Positions 14,613 through 29,820 of a DNA stretch of 64,000 nucleotides are shown here, in pieces. The translations under genes and the position numbers were made by a program. Origin of the DNA: the human T2T-CHM13v2.0 reference genome, Homo sapiens. Within the stretch, counting starts at the first letter, position 1. The number at the start of each line of letters is the position of its first letter. The stretch is taken from the NCBI RefSeq assembly GCF_009914755.1, contig NC_060931.1. One strand, given 5' to 3'. Under the pieces are notes generated by a model. The model made no database searches. It was not told the origin of the DNA and was given only the letters and a program-made list of their open reading frames with translations.

Positions 14613-15004
14613 TGTAGCTTCCATCCTAGTGGAGCACCTCCAACTGCCACATATGATTCAGAGTTGGTTCCCTGATTGATGAGAGCATGCCCCAAGTGAG
14701 TCTCTCCAACCTCAGTTACCCTCTGGGTGAAACAGAGCAAATGACGCCCCTACTTCCTGGGTCCATTGGGGAGTTACATGAGACAGCATGTGAGGCTGCT
14801 CTCTGGGATACAAGGTCTGCCCCCGCGTAAGTGGTTGGGTTTCTCACTGAGTCAGAAAAATCCATTTATGAGCCTTTGAAAGACAAAGATCCACCTCCAC
14901 CTCCCCAGAAAGTCATTTTCTCCTTGGGCTCTCCTCCCACTTGTGTCTACATCTGTGAGCACGATTTCCAGCACTGGGCACAGAGGAGATCCAACCAGGA
15001 TTTA

Positions 15005-16322
15005 CTGGATGGGTGAATGAATGGATGGGTGCCTGAGTGAATGTGTGGAGGGGTGAATGAATGAATGGAAAAATGAATGAATGGATAAATGAGTGACTGA
15101 ATGGATGGATAAATAGGTGAATTAGTGGATGGGTGGGTGAATGCATGGATGGATGAATGAGTGGATACATGAGCTAATGAATGAATGAATGGGTGAATGA
15201 ATGGATGATGCATGGGTGAATGTATGGATGCATGAATGAATGGATGACTGACTAGATGAATAGATGAAGAAATGAATGTATGAATGGATAGATAAATGAA
15301 TGGATAAGTGGGTGAATGAATGAGTGGATAAATGAGTGAATGGATGACTGGATGGATGTATGAGTGAATGTGTGGATGGATGACTAAATGTATGGATAAG
15401 GGGGGAATTAATGGATGAGTGAGGGAATGGATGGATGGATGGATGGATGAATGAATGGATAAATGGAACAAAGGAATGGATGCATAAGTGAATGCGTAGA
15501 TGAATGAATGAATGAGTGAATGGATGAATAAGTGGGTGAATGAATTAATGGATTCATGAGTGAATGGATGGATAAATGGGTGAACAAATGAGTGGATGGA
15601 TGTGTAAATGCATGGATGGATGAATGAATGAATGGATAAATGTCTGAACAAAGGAATGGATGCATGAGTGAATGTGTGGATAGATGAATGAATGAGTGGA
15701 TGCATGAGTCAATGTGTGGATGGGTGAATGAATGAATGGGTGAACAGATGAATGGATGCATGAGTGAATGCATGGATGGACGGACGGATGGATGAATGAA
15801 TGAATGAATGAATGAGTGAACGAATGAATGGATGCATGAGTGAATGCATGGATGGACGGACGGATGGATGAATGGATGGATGGATGGACGGATGGATGGA
15901 TGAATGAATGAATGAGTGAATAAATGAATGGATGCATGAGTGAATGCATGGATGGGTGAATGAATGAAAGGATGCATGAGTGAATGCATGGATGGATGGA
16001 TGGATAGATGGATGAATGAATGAATGAATGAGTGAACAAATGAATGGATGCATGAGTGAATGTGTGGATGGGTGAATGAAGGAATTGATGCATGAGTGAA
16101 TGTGTGCATGGATGGATAAATGAATGGATGGATGAATGGACGGACGGACGGATGGATGGATGGATGGATGGATGGATGGATGGATGAATGAATGAGTGAA
16201 CAAATGAATGGATGCATGAGTGAATGTGTGGATGGGTGAATGAAGGAATTGATGCATGAATGAATGTGTGCATGGATGGATGGATGGATGGATGGATGGA
16301 TGAATGAATGAATGGGTGAATG
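15005..16322 (+). repeat. Compound (GGAT)n/(GAAT)n tract, about 1.3 kb, with higher-order tggatgcatgagtgaatg motif
   Basis: Direct reading. Confidence 0.97.
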
Positions 16323-17034
16323 ATTCATGCTGACCTCTTCTCCCTCAATACCCCATATTTAGACTCAATTAACTCAGAGGACTTCGTGTCTCTGGTCAAG
16401 AAGTAAGAAGGCATTTTTTCACCGTTAGAAAATACAAAGCTATGGGGGTGGTGGACAGGAATGAGGGGCAGTACCCAGCGGCGCCAGGGGCTGAGGCGCC
16501 GTTTTGGGCAGTCTGAATATTTGGACATAGCAGCCGACAGGACACCCTGTCCTTCCACAGCTGTTCCTGGGAGTCAAAGCACATCTTTGTTTGTGGGACT
16601 CTTAGCAACTGTTGCTTTTTTTGAAGGACAAGCATGAACCAGCTGTCACCACACAAGACGTAAAGCAGAAAATGTCGAGTCTTCAGCAACAGGCTTGTAA
16701 AACAAGAAGAAAATAATTGTCTGGGCTCAGGGGCGCTTTCATTTCTTCTCACAGCCTCCACCTCCTCATGAACCAGCGAGGCTTGCGTAATTCCCACTGA
16801 GCCCAGCTTTGCAGCAGCAGAAAGAAGCTCAGAAGCAGACCCACCTTCTAAAGAGGCTCCCAATTAAATGCAGAGAGAAATGCAAACCCGACAAGCAAGG
16901 CCCACGTCAGAAACACAGGCCGAGACAGCAGCTCCGTGAGCCAGCATATGGACGGCGAATGTGCTACCCCAACCTCACCTATCCACAGTGATGTGATTAT
17001 GAAGACAAGAAACTAGATCAAAAATTAGCAACTT

Positions 17035-17330
17035 GGCGGGGTCCGGTGGCTCACACCTGTAATCCCAGCACTTTGAGATGCCAAGGAGGGAGCACTGCTT
17101 GAGGACAGGAGTTCAAGACCAGCCTGGGCAACACAGCAAGACCCCCATCTCTACAAAAAAAATTAAAAATTAGCCAGGCATGGTGGTGCACACCTGTAGT
17201 TCCAGCTACTAGGAGGCTGAGGCAGGAGGATCACTGGAGCCCATGAGGTGGGGGCTGCTGTGATTTATGACTGCACCACTGTGCTCCAGCCTGGGCAATA
17301 GAGTGAGACCTTGTCTCAGAAAAAAACAAA
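17035..17330 (+). mobile_element. AluJ-like
   Basis: Alu consensus, TSD-like aa.ttagca.ctt. Confidence 0.9.
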
Positions 17331-17528
17331 GTTAGCATCTTACACTGAAATATTCACAGACAAAATGATCTGATGGCTGAGGTTTGCTTCAAAATAGATC
17401 AGGGTCGGGAGAAAGTGGGAGGGAAGAGAGATGAGAGCAGCCTGAACATGACCTTGTGCTATGGAAGCCGGCGGCTCACGAAAGCCACTCTTCTTTCATA
17501 TACTTTTGAAGTTTTCCACGATAAAATG

Positions 17529-17833
<305 letters not shown>

Positions 17834-18024
17834 TAATGTTTTTAAAAAAATATTATCTCGCAGTCATTTGTAAGCTAAGAAAGAGTCACCAACATGGGTC
17901 TCATGACACCAGGCAAATAAAAACCTCACACACACAGCACAGACACTCTGCGGAGATGTGCAGGAGATGTGCAGGACGGCTCACAAACCATGAGGATGAC
18001 ACAATCCTAAGACGCTGGTCTCTA

Positions 18025-18314
18025 CCAAAACTGCATCCCCACCCCCTGCACCACCTTGTGTTTCTTTTCAGCACGTCTCACTGCCTCATCCTATATTCTA
18101 ACAATTTATTTCATTTACTTATAGTCTCTTCCATTAGAAAAAAGCTCAGTAAAGCCAGGTACGGTAGGGGGTGGTCTGTGTTGCGCATGCAGTATCTTCA
18201 ACCCCTCGGGCGGGGTCTGGCCTGAAGGAGATGCTCACTAAACACCTGTTGAATGAATGAGTGAGTATAGCTTCCATCCTAGTGGAGCACTTCCAACTGC
18301 CACATATGATTCAG
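18025..18314 (+). repeat. Local duplicate (about 290 bp) of 14373-14661
   Basis: Colinear from ccaaaactgcatcccca to ccaactgccacatatgattcag. Confidence 0.93.
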
Positions 18315-18603
18315 CCCACAGGCACCGAAGTGACCACGAAAGGGGGAGAGGAGGGCACCCACATGGTGGCCGCACACGCCGTCCCGAGCCGGAATATTCT
18401 GCGCATGCAGGCAGCTGTGAGGAAGGGAGCTGGGAGCCAATGGGGAGAGGAGAAACAACAACACTGGTGAGGCAAGAAGACGACGGCTGCAAAAACCAGC
18501 CCAGGGAGGAAACCCCAGGCCGCGACCATGGACACCGGCAGGACAGCAAGAGGCTGCTTCCTCCACAGCTCTGCACGTCCAGACGCATGGGCCTTGTGAG
18601 GGC

Positions 18604-18766
18604 TTTTGTTTTTGTTTTTGTTTTTGAGACGGAGTCTCGCTCTGTCGCCCAGTGCAGTGGCGCGATCTCGGCTCACTGCAGTCTCCACCTCCCGGGCTTA
18701 AGCGACCTGCCACCTCAGCCTCTGGAGTAGCTGGGACCACAGGTTTGTGCTACTGTGCCTGGCCCA
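18604..18766 (-). mobile_element. Alu right-arm fragment
   Basis: tttgagacggagtctcgctctgtcgccca... Confidence 0.85.
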
Positions 18767-19214
18767 GATTCCCAGATTTTTATTACAATAAAAAAATGTA
18801 ATGTTAAGGAAGAGAAGGGGGAGGAGGAGCTGCCCCCAGTCCTGTAGATCTCCCCAGTGAGCAGAAAATGTTTGAGCCCTTGAGGCACGAGGAGCCAGTG
18901 GCCTCTCTCCCTTTAGTGACAAAGGCTCTAGGCTCTCCCAGCAGGAGAGAGGTGCCGCCGCCTTGGGCTCTCCATCCCCTACTCGGAGTCAGTGGGGAAG
19001 CGACTCCCCTCCCCAGGACAGTTCCCTCCTGCAGAGAGGGGAGGAGCCCATGAGCCCATCCCAGCCTTCTCCCGGCTCCATGTTCCGGGTTCTGGTTCCA
19101 CCCAGGCCTGGCATCACCTCCCTGCTCAGTCTCCCCGGGGACATGGGCCCACCGAGTTCCCGTCTACCATAGCTCAATGGGGCCCAAGTCTGTGAGCCTG
19201 CTGCCTCTCGACAC

Positions 19215-21633
19215 CTCCCCGGGTGCCACAGGCCCCGCTCCAACGGGTCCAAATACCTACAATCCCTCCCATGGCACAGGTCCCCACCCCAACAGATCCA
19301 AATACCTACTCTCCCCCCAGTGCCACAGGCTCCCCACCCCAACGGGTCCAAATACCTACTCTGCCCCCAATGCCACAGGTCCCCACCCCAACAGATCCAA
19401 ATACCTACTCTCCCCCCCATGGCACAGGTCCCCACCCCAACGGGTCCAAATACCTACTCTCCCCCCCATGGCACAGGTCCCCACCCCAACAGATGCAATT
19501 ACCTACTCTCCCCCCCATAGCACAAGTCCCCACCCCAACAGATCCAAATACCTACTCTCCCCCCCATGCCACAGGTCCCCACCCCAACAAATCCAAATAC
19601 CTACTCTCCCCTCCATGGCACAGGTCCCCACCCCAACGGGTCCAAATACCTACTCTCCCCTCCATAGCACAGGTCCCCACCCCAACAGATGCAAATACCT
19701 ACTCTCCCCCCCATGGCACAGGTCCCCAACCCAACAGATCCAAATACCTACTCTGCCCCCCATGGCACAGGTCCCTACTCCAACGGGTCCAAATACCTAC
19801 TCTCCCCCCATGGCACAGGTCCCCAACCCAACGGGTCCAAATACTTACTCTTCCCCTCCATGGCACAGGTCCCCACCCCAACAGATCCAAATACCTACTC
19901 TCCCCCCCATGGCACAGGTCCCCACCCCAACGGATCCAAATACCTACTCTCCCCCCCATGGCACAGGTCCCCACCCCAACGGGTCCAAATACCTACTCTC
20001 CCCCCCATGGCACAGGTCCCCACCCCAACGGGTCCAAATACCTACTCTGCCCCCCATGGCACAGGTCCCCACCCCAACGGGTCCAAATACTTACTCTTTC
20101 CCTCCATGGCACAGGTCCCCACCCCAACGGGTCCAAATACCTACTCTCCCCCCCATGGCACAGGTCCCCACCCCAACGGATCCAAATACCTACTCTCCCC
20201 CCCATGGCACAGGTCCCCACGCCAACGGGTCCAAATACCTACTCTCCCCACCATGGCACAGGTCCCCACCCCAACAGATCCAAATACCTACTCTCCCCCC
20301 ACCATGGCACAGGTCCCCACCCCAACGGGTCCAAATACCTACTCTCCCCCCCATGGCACAGTTCCCCACCACAACGGGTCCAAATACTTACTCTTCCCCT
20401 CCATGGCACAGGTCCCCACCCCAACAGATCCAAATACCTACTCTCCCCCCCATGGCACAGGTCCCCACCCCAACGGGTCCAAATACCTACTCTCCCCCCC
20501 ATGGCACAGGTCCCCACCCCAACGGGTCCAAATACCTACTCTCCCCCCCATGGCACAGGTCCCCACCCCAACAGATGCAAATACCTACTCTCCCCCCCAT
20601 GGCACAGGTCCCCACCCCAACGGATCCAAATACCTACTCTCCCCCGCAAGGCACAGGTCCCTACTCCAACAGGTCCAAATACCTACTCTCCCCCCCATGG
20701 CACAGGTCCCCACCCCAACGGGTCCAAATACCTACTCTCCCCCGCAAGGCACAGGTCCCTACTCCAACAGGTCCAAATACCTACTCTCCCCCCCATGGCA
20801 CAGGTCCCCACCCCAACGGGTCCAAATACCTACTCTTCCCCTCCATGGCACAGGTCCCCACCCCAACGGGTCCAAATACCTACTCTCCCCCACATGGCAC
20901 AGGTCCCCACCCCAACGGATCCAAATACCTACTCTCCCCCCCATGGCACAGGTCCCCACCCCAACGGGTCCAAATACCTACTCTCCCCCCCATGGCACAG
21001 GTCCCCACCCCAGTGGGTCCAAATACTTACTCTTTCCCTCCATGGCACAGGTCCACACCCCAACAGATCCAAATACCTACTCTCCCCCCCATGGCACAGG
21101 TCCCCACCCCAACGGGTCCAAATACCTACTCTCCCCCACATGGCACAGGTCCCCCACCCCAACGGGTCCAAATACCTACTCTCCCCCGCAAGGCACAGGT
21201 CCCTACTCCAACAGGTCCAAATACCTACTCTCCCCCCCATGGCACAGGTCCCCACCCCAACGGGTCCAAATACCTACTCTTCCCTCCATGGCACAGGTCC
21301 CCATCCCAACGGGTCCAAATACCTACTCTCCCCCCAGTGCCACAAGTTCCCCACCCCAACGGGTCCAAATACCTACTCTCCCCCCCATGCCACAGGTCCC
21401 CACCCCAACAGATCCAAATACCTACTCTCCACCCAGTGGCACAGGTCCCCACCCCAACAGATGCAATTACCTACTCTCCCCCCCATAGCACAAGTCCCCA
21501 CCCCAACAGATCCAAACACCTACTCTCCCCGCCATGCCACAGGTCCCCACTCCAACAGATCCAAATACCTACTCTCCCCTCAGTGGCACAGGTCCCCACC
21601 CCAACAGATCCAAATACCTACTCTCCCCATGCC
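19215..21633 (+). repeat. 49-bp (48-50) C-rich VNTR, about 49 copies
   Basis: ccatggcacaggtccccaccccaacgggtccaaatacctactctccccc. Confidence 0.98.
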
Positions 21634-22124
21634 TGAGCTCCCCTCCAGTCCCACGGGCACCCACAGCAGAGTCTGAGCAAGTCTCCTGGGACACCCTCCA
21701 AGCAATGCTGAGTCCTGGGCCCCAGCCTCCAAAGCTCCCCCCACCACCTGGGGCCCAGGCTCTCACCCTCGGAGCGGCCACAGCAGGGGCCTTCCAGAAG
21801 CACCACCCTGTTCATCACCCTCTTCCTTCCTAACATTTTCTGATGCTTTCAAACAGACTGAAACCCAGAAAAGATCTAAGAGTGTTCAATGAACAGACAG
21901 GACAGAGTCCTGAAAGAGGCCCCAAGACACTCAGGAACTTAGTCCCCCCTCTTCTTTGCCTGGAAAATCCCTTGTGGATGTGGCTGAAGTTTCACTAGGT
22001 CTGATGAACAAGGGCCCACCCGCGGGAAGAATCAGTCACTTCCTCAGTGGTCCAGCAGCAACTATCACACCCATGAGACAACCAGACAATAATCCACTTT
22101 TTATTGATGTGTGTTTATTTTTAC

Positions 22125-22430
22125 TTATTTTTCTTTTTGAGACAGGGTCTTGCCCTGTCACCCAGGCTGGAGAGAGGAGTGGTGCAATCACAGCTCACCG
22201 TAGCTTCAACCTCCCAGCCTCAAGCAATCCTCCCACCTCAGCTTCCTGAGTAGCTGCAACTACAGGTGCATGCCACCATGCCCAGCTAATTTTTTAATTT
22301 TTAGGAGGAGGGTAGAGATGGGGTCTTGCTATGCTGCCCAGGCTGGTCTCAAACTCCTGGGCTCAAGCAATCCCCCTGCCTCAGCCTCCCAAAGTGCTGG
22401 GATTACAGGCGTGAGCCACCGTGCCCGGCC
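22125..22430 (-). mobile_element. AluJ-like
   Basis: Antisense Alu consensus. Confidence 0.9.
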
Positions 22431-23521
22431 CATTCACTTTTAAAATACTGGTCCCTACTAGAAAAGAAAAGGCTCTCGGTCAGGAGGGGAGGGGACGGCT
22501 GTGTCCCAGGGTCCTGGCCCTACACAGACCGTGGTCAAACCAGGGTGCATGTGGTGGTCTGGGCAGCAGCGGTGGCCCGAAGCAGGTGGCCACAGCTCTC
22601 CGTGTGTCAGATCCTCACCTGGAACTTGGGGACAGTGTTACCACGTGCCCTCAGGGCTGCCATCAGGACAGCGAGACAGCACACTCACAGCTCTCAGCCA
22701 CACACCTGACCCCAAGCAGAACTCAGGGAGCGTGAGTTACAACTGCCTCCCGAATCGGAGTGGCTTCCTCATTCTGCAGGGAGCAGACAGGTGGGCGTGC
22801 AGGGCCTGGTCTCAGGAGGGCTGATCTTTCCCACGGAAACCGTGTGACCTGGGCAAGCCCCCCGCTGTCTCTGAGCCTCAGGGTCCCCCCCGACAAGTGG
22901 GAACAGGGTCACCAAATTGCTGACAAGATGCTTTGTATTACAAGGAGCCCCATAGGGCCAGGACCAGCTCGACGGTTACATTCCCCTCCATGGAGGGCCC
23001 TCCCCACGCAACCTTCCCTTCGCCTGGCCTCTCTCCACAGACCCCCATCCCCAGCCAGCTGGTGAATTCCTCACACCCGCTGGCAGGCGACGGGGCTATT
23101 TTTAGTGACCAGGGCTCAAGAATGGAGCCATGCCAGGACCCATGGCGTCCGTCGGAATGTGAAAGCTGGTGCATCCCTCCTTCTGGTCGCTATGTGGTCC
23201 CCGACACAGCACAGTGGCCAGTGCTGCACCAGGGCTTAGCCTCAGGCCTGCATGAACACAGCCTCTGCCCTGGCACCCTCCATCTGAAGGACAGCCCCAT
23301 TCCCTGCCCGGGGCAGTGGGCCTTCCTGCACCTTCTCTGGGCCTCGGGTCCCCATCCACATACTGGGTGCTGGAGGCAGAGGCCACGTGCAGCATCTCAG
23401 CCCCCAGGTCTGCAGGGGCTTGTCAGTGACAACAAAACGTGAACTGGCTAGGGGTCAGAAGATGTGGTACCGGAGACCACACACCACCAAATTCCACAAG
23501 TTTCAAAATGTTACAGCAGCT

Positions 23522-23826
23522 GCTGGGTGTGGTGGCTCATGCCTGCAATCCCAACACTATGGGAGGCTGAGGCCAGAGGATCGCTTGAGCCCAGGAGGCT
23601 CAAGTCCAGCCTGGGCAACACAGCGAGACTCTGTCTCTACAAAAACTAAAAAAAAAAAATAGCTGGGTGTGGTGGTGCACGCCTGTGGCCCCAGCTAGTC
23701 GGGAGGCTGAGGCAGGAGGATCACTTGAGCCCAGGAAGTCGAGGCTGCAGTGAGCCAAGATCGTGCCACTACACTCCAGCCTGAGCAACGGAGCAAGACT
23801 GTGTCTCAAAAAAACAAAAACAAAAA
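23522..23826 (+). mobile_element. AluJ-like
   Basis: Alu consensus. Confidence 0.9.
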
Positions 23827-25110
23827 TCTCAGGGCACCAAACAGCCAGGACCACAGGCAAGATCCACGCAGGCCACGATCACCTGGGGGAAGTGGTAAGA
23901 AAGACCTGAGGTTCTTCTCTCCACTCACAAATCAGACAAAGCAAGAGGGCTTGTTGTCACTGTGGTATTAGATAGCGCCAGCCCTGGAGACCCTTTGAAA
24001 CAGGCTCCACGGAGAGCTGCAACTGCCCCGCAGCTCCAGGCGCAGGCCACGAGACTTGTTATTAGCTGGAAAACGCTAGGCGTGTGGAAAATGACTGTTC
24101 TCTTAAAAAGGTTGTTGTCTTTTCCCGGCAGGTTAATGAGCTGTGTGTGCATTCACGGTGGTCAAGTCAGCCCCAAGCAGCCACATCCCAGCCAGGTCAA
24201 AGTCCCAGCTTCTACTCCAAGCTGGGTGGCCCGACGCAGCCTGCTTAACCTCTCTCTGCCTCCCCTGCCAAACGGCAGCCTCGGGGGCCACGGGGGAGCT
24301 CTAGAAAGACAACATGCCCGAGGCCCATGGCCCAGGGACTGGCCATTGCATACATCATCTGATGCAAGCTTCAAACCCCAGGCTTCAGCCTCCGTTGAAT
24401 TCAGCTTCTAAAGCCTCCCGGGCTCACGTGGCCCCTGATTTGCTAACCTCAAGGTCTCCTCTGCTGAGATCCAGCTGGGCTTTCTGCAAATGGAAATCAA
24501 ATTCTTTGCATGTTCAAGCCATTAAGCATCTCCTCGGATGAGGCCCTGCATTTTCCAAAATGCTAATTTTGTTTTTCTAATGTTGCCCGAAAGGGAAGCA
24601 GAAAGTCCCAAAGCCCAAGCCAGAATGGGGAGAGGGGGCCGTGAAGGCTCGGAGAAGCCAGGAGACAGCTCCCTTCAGCTGCCCGTGAATTCGGCAGAAG
24701 GGCTTGTTTTTCCCATCACCTGAGGATCCGAGCCAGTTTGTGGAAAAACAGACTGCAGAGATACGCGGGTGGGAGGAAGAGAAACAGCGACAGATAACAG
24801 ACAGCTGCGCAGGCCAGCGGTGCTGCTCAAGCCAGAGGCCTGTTTTAATTAAAGCAGCAGAGAGCTGGAGCCACTGCCAGGAAGGCCGCCTCAAGGGTGA
24901 GGTGCCCTCGCCTGTGCCCGTCTGGCAGCTCCAGTAATGAGGTCCCCGCCGGAGGCCCAACGCACAACACAAACACGCACGGTGCCACCCAATTATCACG
25001 TTTCTCGGCTCCCAGGAGCTCAGCGATGCTCCCCCTACAGGCGCCCTAATCAGGGAAAGCCGGGAAGGGACCGGGATAGAACCCAAGGGCCTCCACCTCA
25101 CTCCCCAAGG

Positions 25111-25262
25111 CCTGGGACACACGCTCCAGGGACAGCCTTCATGGTCCTGGCACATCAGAGAGCTCCGGAACATGCGGGGCTGCTTCCCTGGGACACACGC
25201 TCCAGGGACAGCCTTCATGGTCCTGGCACATCAGAGAGCTCCGGAGCACGCGGGGCTGCTTC
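25111..25262 (+). repeat. 76-bp tandem duplication (2 copies, 2 mismatches)
   Basis: cctgggacacacgctccagggacagcc...ggggctgcttc at 25111 and 25187. Confidence 0.95.
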
Positions 25263-25811
25263 CTGAGGCTGCTGAGGTCCCTGGCCGAGGCGTAACTGCC
25301 CCGGGCACCCCAGGTAGGATGCGGAATCTGCTTCGCTCCAATAGCTGACACAAGGTGAGAAGGCTGCACCTACCACCACCCTGGGGCCTGCCCTGGGAGC
25401 TACTCAACTCTGCAGAGGGGCTGTGCAGGTGCCGTCCCAGGGGATAAGGACACCCCACTCCAGCCCCAGCTGGACAATTGCTGTGTGGGTCAGTGCAACA
25501 GGCCAAGGCCCCCTCTCACTGGGTCTCAGAGCTCTGTTCAGTACAGTGAGGTGGGGACAAGGTGGCCTCCTAGGGATCTTCCTGCTGACTGTGGGTGCTG
25601 GGAGGCCCGGAGCGGCCTATTCACCAACTCAGGCCCAGGGTGGAGCAGAGAATGACTCAAGGCTACCCCAGCCTCTTTCTCAGACCAAGTACTGAGTGGG
25701 GCCTGACTGCGGGGTCTGTCTGGATAGCCGGGCCAGCCTCCAAGGGGCAAGGCACCATCCAGAAGAAGTACCTTCATGGACTCCACTGCCACACAGCCAA
25801 AGGGCCACAGA

Positions 25812-26150
25812 AAGATGGTGATGACAATGACCACAACAGTGATGATGATGGCGGTGATGATGATGATGGTGATGATAAAGATGATGATGGCAATGGTGGT
25901 GATGAGGATGGTGGTGGTGATGGTGATGATGATAATGATGGTGATGATGACAGTGATGATGGTGATGGTGGGGATGGTGATGATGATGGTGGTGATAACG
26001 ATGATGATGGCAATGGTGGTGATGAGGATGGTGGTGGTGATGGTGATGATGATAATGATGGTGATGATGACAGTGATGATGGTGATGGTGGGGATGGTGA
26101 TGATGGTAATGGTGATGACTATGATGGTGATGATAATGATGGTGGTGATA
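25812..26150 (+). repeat. (GAT/GGT)n tract with 120-bp higher-order duplication
   Basis: 25881-25985 is identical to 26001-26105. Confidence 0.95.
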
Positions 26151-27819
26151 ACAGTACACACATAGATATTCTTGCTTTATATTCTCACAACAACCTCAAA
26201 GTAGGTTTTATTATCTTCATTTGACACCTGAGGAAACTGAGGCTCAGAGAATGTTATTACTTATAAATGACATCCACAACTCTCTCCTTCCAAAAGATGT
26301 TTTAAACACACCTTAAATTCTGTGGTATCTGAGTGAGATTGTGTGTGCATGACTGTGTGCATAGGCGTGCCTGGGAATAAGACCACTCCAGCCCAACACC
26401 TGTGTGATGGGAACTCCTGGTCCTGTCTCACCCCTGAGCTGTCTCCCTGCAGCTGCAGTTCACTACAGGACACTATGGACCCCGCTCACTGGCAATGCCT
26501 AAATCACCCATTCTCAATCTTCCTTCACCATGCAGGCAGGGTAGCGGCAGGTGCAGGTGATGTGTCCTTACAGGGGAGGGAGCACAGGCTTAGGTGCCCA
26601 AGAACTCGAGCTCAAACCCTAGCTCTGCTCCTGAGGAGTTGTGGGGCCTTGGACAAGGACAGGGAAGGAAACTGAGGCTGTGAGGTTGACACTATGCCTC
26701 TCACAGATCCTGTGCAAAGGCCCAGGGAAACCCTTCGATCAAGGCCAACTAGCAATACCACCATCCTAGAAGGACAGGCAGGCGGTCTGGGGGAGTTGCA
26801 GCCTCCCTCACAACTACGTTGCACTATCTTCCTTTAAATCAAAGGTCTTAAACATAATTTCTACCCTTCTCCAAGCTTACGTATCTCTCGCACAACCTTA
26901 TGTATCTCCCACACTGTTACGGATCGACAAGAGCAAAGTCACACAGCCTGTGATGATGGGGATATCTGTCTTGAACCTGAACTTGTACGGAGGGGTCATT
27001 AGGCCAGCAGGTGTGCAAACCCTGCAGGTGGATGCATCTGCAAAGGATTCTCTGCCGCACTCTTCCTAAGCGGGGAAGCAGAGAGAAGAAGAGCAGGCAG
27101 CCTCAAAGTCAGGGGTGTGCCAGACGCCCTGTAAACTTGGAAGGAATTTGGCTTTGCTCGCCAAACCACAGCTGAGCAGAGGCAAAGCTATGAAGCTCAG
27201 CTTCTAGTAAACTGGAAAAAGCAAACTATCTGGATGCTGCACAGGGGAGACATCACGTGAAAGGTCCAGAGACAATCCCTCCCCTGCCCACTCCCTCTGG
27301 AACCGGTTTCCTGAGCCATCAGCCTGTTTCTTTAGAGACCGTGGCCAGAAAAAGGAGCCCACTGGGGCTTCGATATGGAAAGTGAGTTTTCCTGTGTGCA
27401 AAACAAAAGAGCTGAAACCGACACACACACCCTGTGCAAAAGCTTCCTTTTCAAGCCAGCCTTACAAAGAGGAGTTTTTAAGCCAACCATCTGCTTCCTC
27501 TGTTTCTTGTCTGCGTAGCTCTCGGATCCAGAGGGGTCAGAGATGGAGGGCGCATGTCGTTCTGATTCTCAGGGCCAAGGGCACAGGACCCAGCACTGGA
27601 CATAAGCAGCTGGGATGGCCCAGAGATATCATTTGACTCAGCTCACACTCAGGGTCCAGGCTGGCCCTAAAATAAGAGCTTTACTGAACCTACCTAGAGC
27701 CTGGGAGCTGGGGAGGAGCCCAGAAAGGATTTGAGGAGTTTAGCTGAAACGCAGTTGCCACCAAGAGGGCACAGAAAGGAATGGGAGGCTCTGAGTTCGG
27801 TCAGGCTGGAAGGGAAGCA

Positions 27820-29078
<1,259 letters not shown>

Positions 29079-29371
29079 CCACGTGCCATTTTTTTAGGAT
29101 TTGGATGTAAACATTGCACATGCAGGGAGGACAGATGTTGGAAATGAGATGGAGCTACAAGTTCATGAAACCCCACTTCATATTCCTCCTCCCTAGGCAC
29201 CCAGGGAATGACTGCCCAGCATCCCTGCAACCACGCCAGGCCAGGGGACCAGTCCATGGCCCATGCTCACCTGTGACATGTGACAATTCTGGGCTGAGGT
29301 GGTGACAAGCCTGTGCCTCCATGAACATGGAAGCCCGTGTTGATAGCTGAGCCCAAGAGCTAGGCGGCCTG

Positions 29372-29820
29372 GGCCTCTGAGCTCCCCCATGCCACAGCGT
29401 CCAGCAGAGGGGCTCAGGACCGAGGACGGCCTCTGAGCTCCCCGACGCCACAGCATCCAGCAGAGGGGCTCAGGACCGAGGACGGCCTCCGAGCTCCCCC
29501 ACGCCACAGCATCCAGCAGAGGGGCTCAGGACCGAGGACGGCCTCCGAGCTCCCCCACGCCACAGCATCCAGCAGAGGGACTCAGGACCCAGGACGGCCT
29601 CCGAGCTCCCCCACGCCACAGCATCCAGCAGAGGGACTCAGGACCGAGGATGGCCCCCGAGCTCCCCCACGCCACGGCATCCGGCAGAGGGGCTCAGGAC
29701 CGAAGACGGCCTCCGAGCTCTCCCACGCCGTGGCATCCGGCAGAGGGGCTCCGGACCGAGGACAGCCTCCGAGCTCCCCCATGCCACGGCGTCAGGCAGA
29801 GGGGCTCAGGACCGAGGACA
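29372..29820 (+). repeat. 56-bp GC/CpG-rich minisatellite x8
   Basis: gagctccccc acgccacagcatccagcagaggggctcaggaccgaggacggcctcc; starts at 29379+56n. Confidence 0.97.

Noticed and set aside
12563-16328. His/Ser/Ile-rich ORFs (also 25538-26224 and 44022-44697)
   Set aside because: Translations of simple repeats
19177-21676. 819, 817 and 599 aa ORFs
   Set aside because: The C-rich 49-bp unit lacks stops in most frames; overlapping frames give the same repeating peptides, antisense to the gene, with no gene structure
24000-25215. RE1-like strings gctccacggagagc (about 24004) and gctccagggacagc (76-bp duplication)
   Set aside because: The left half-site TCAGCACC has three or more mismatches; too weak
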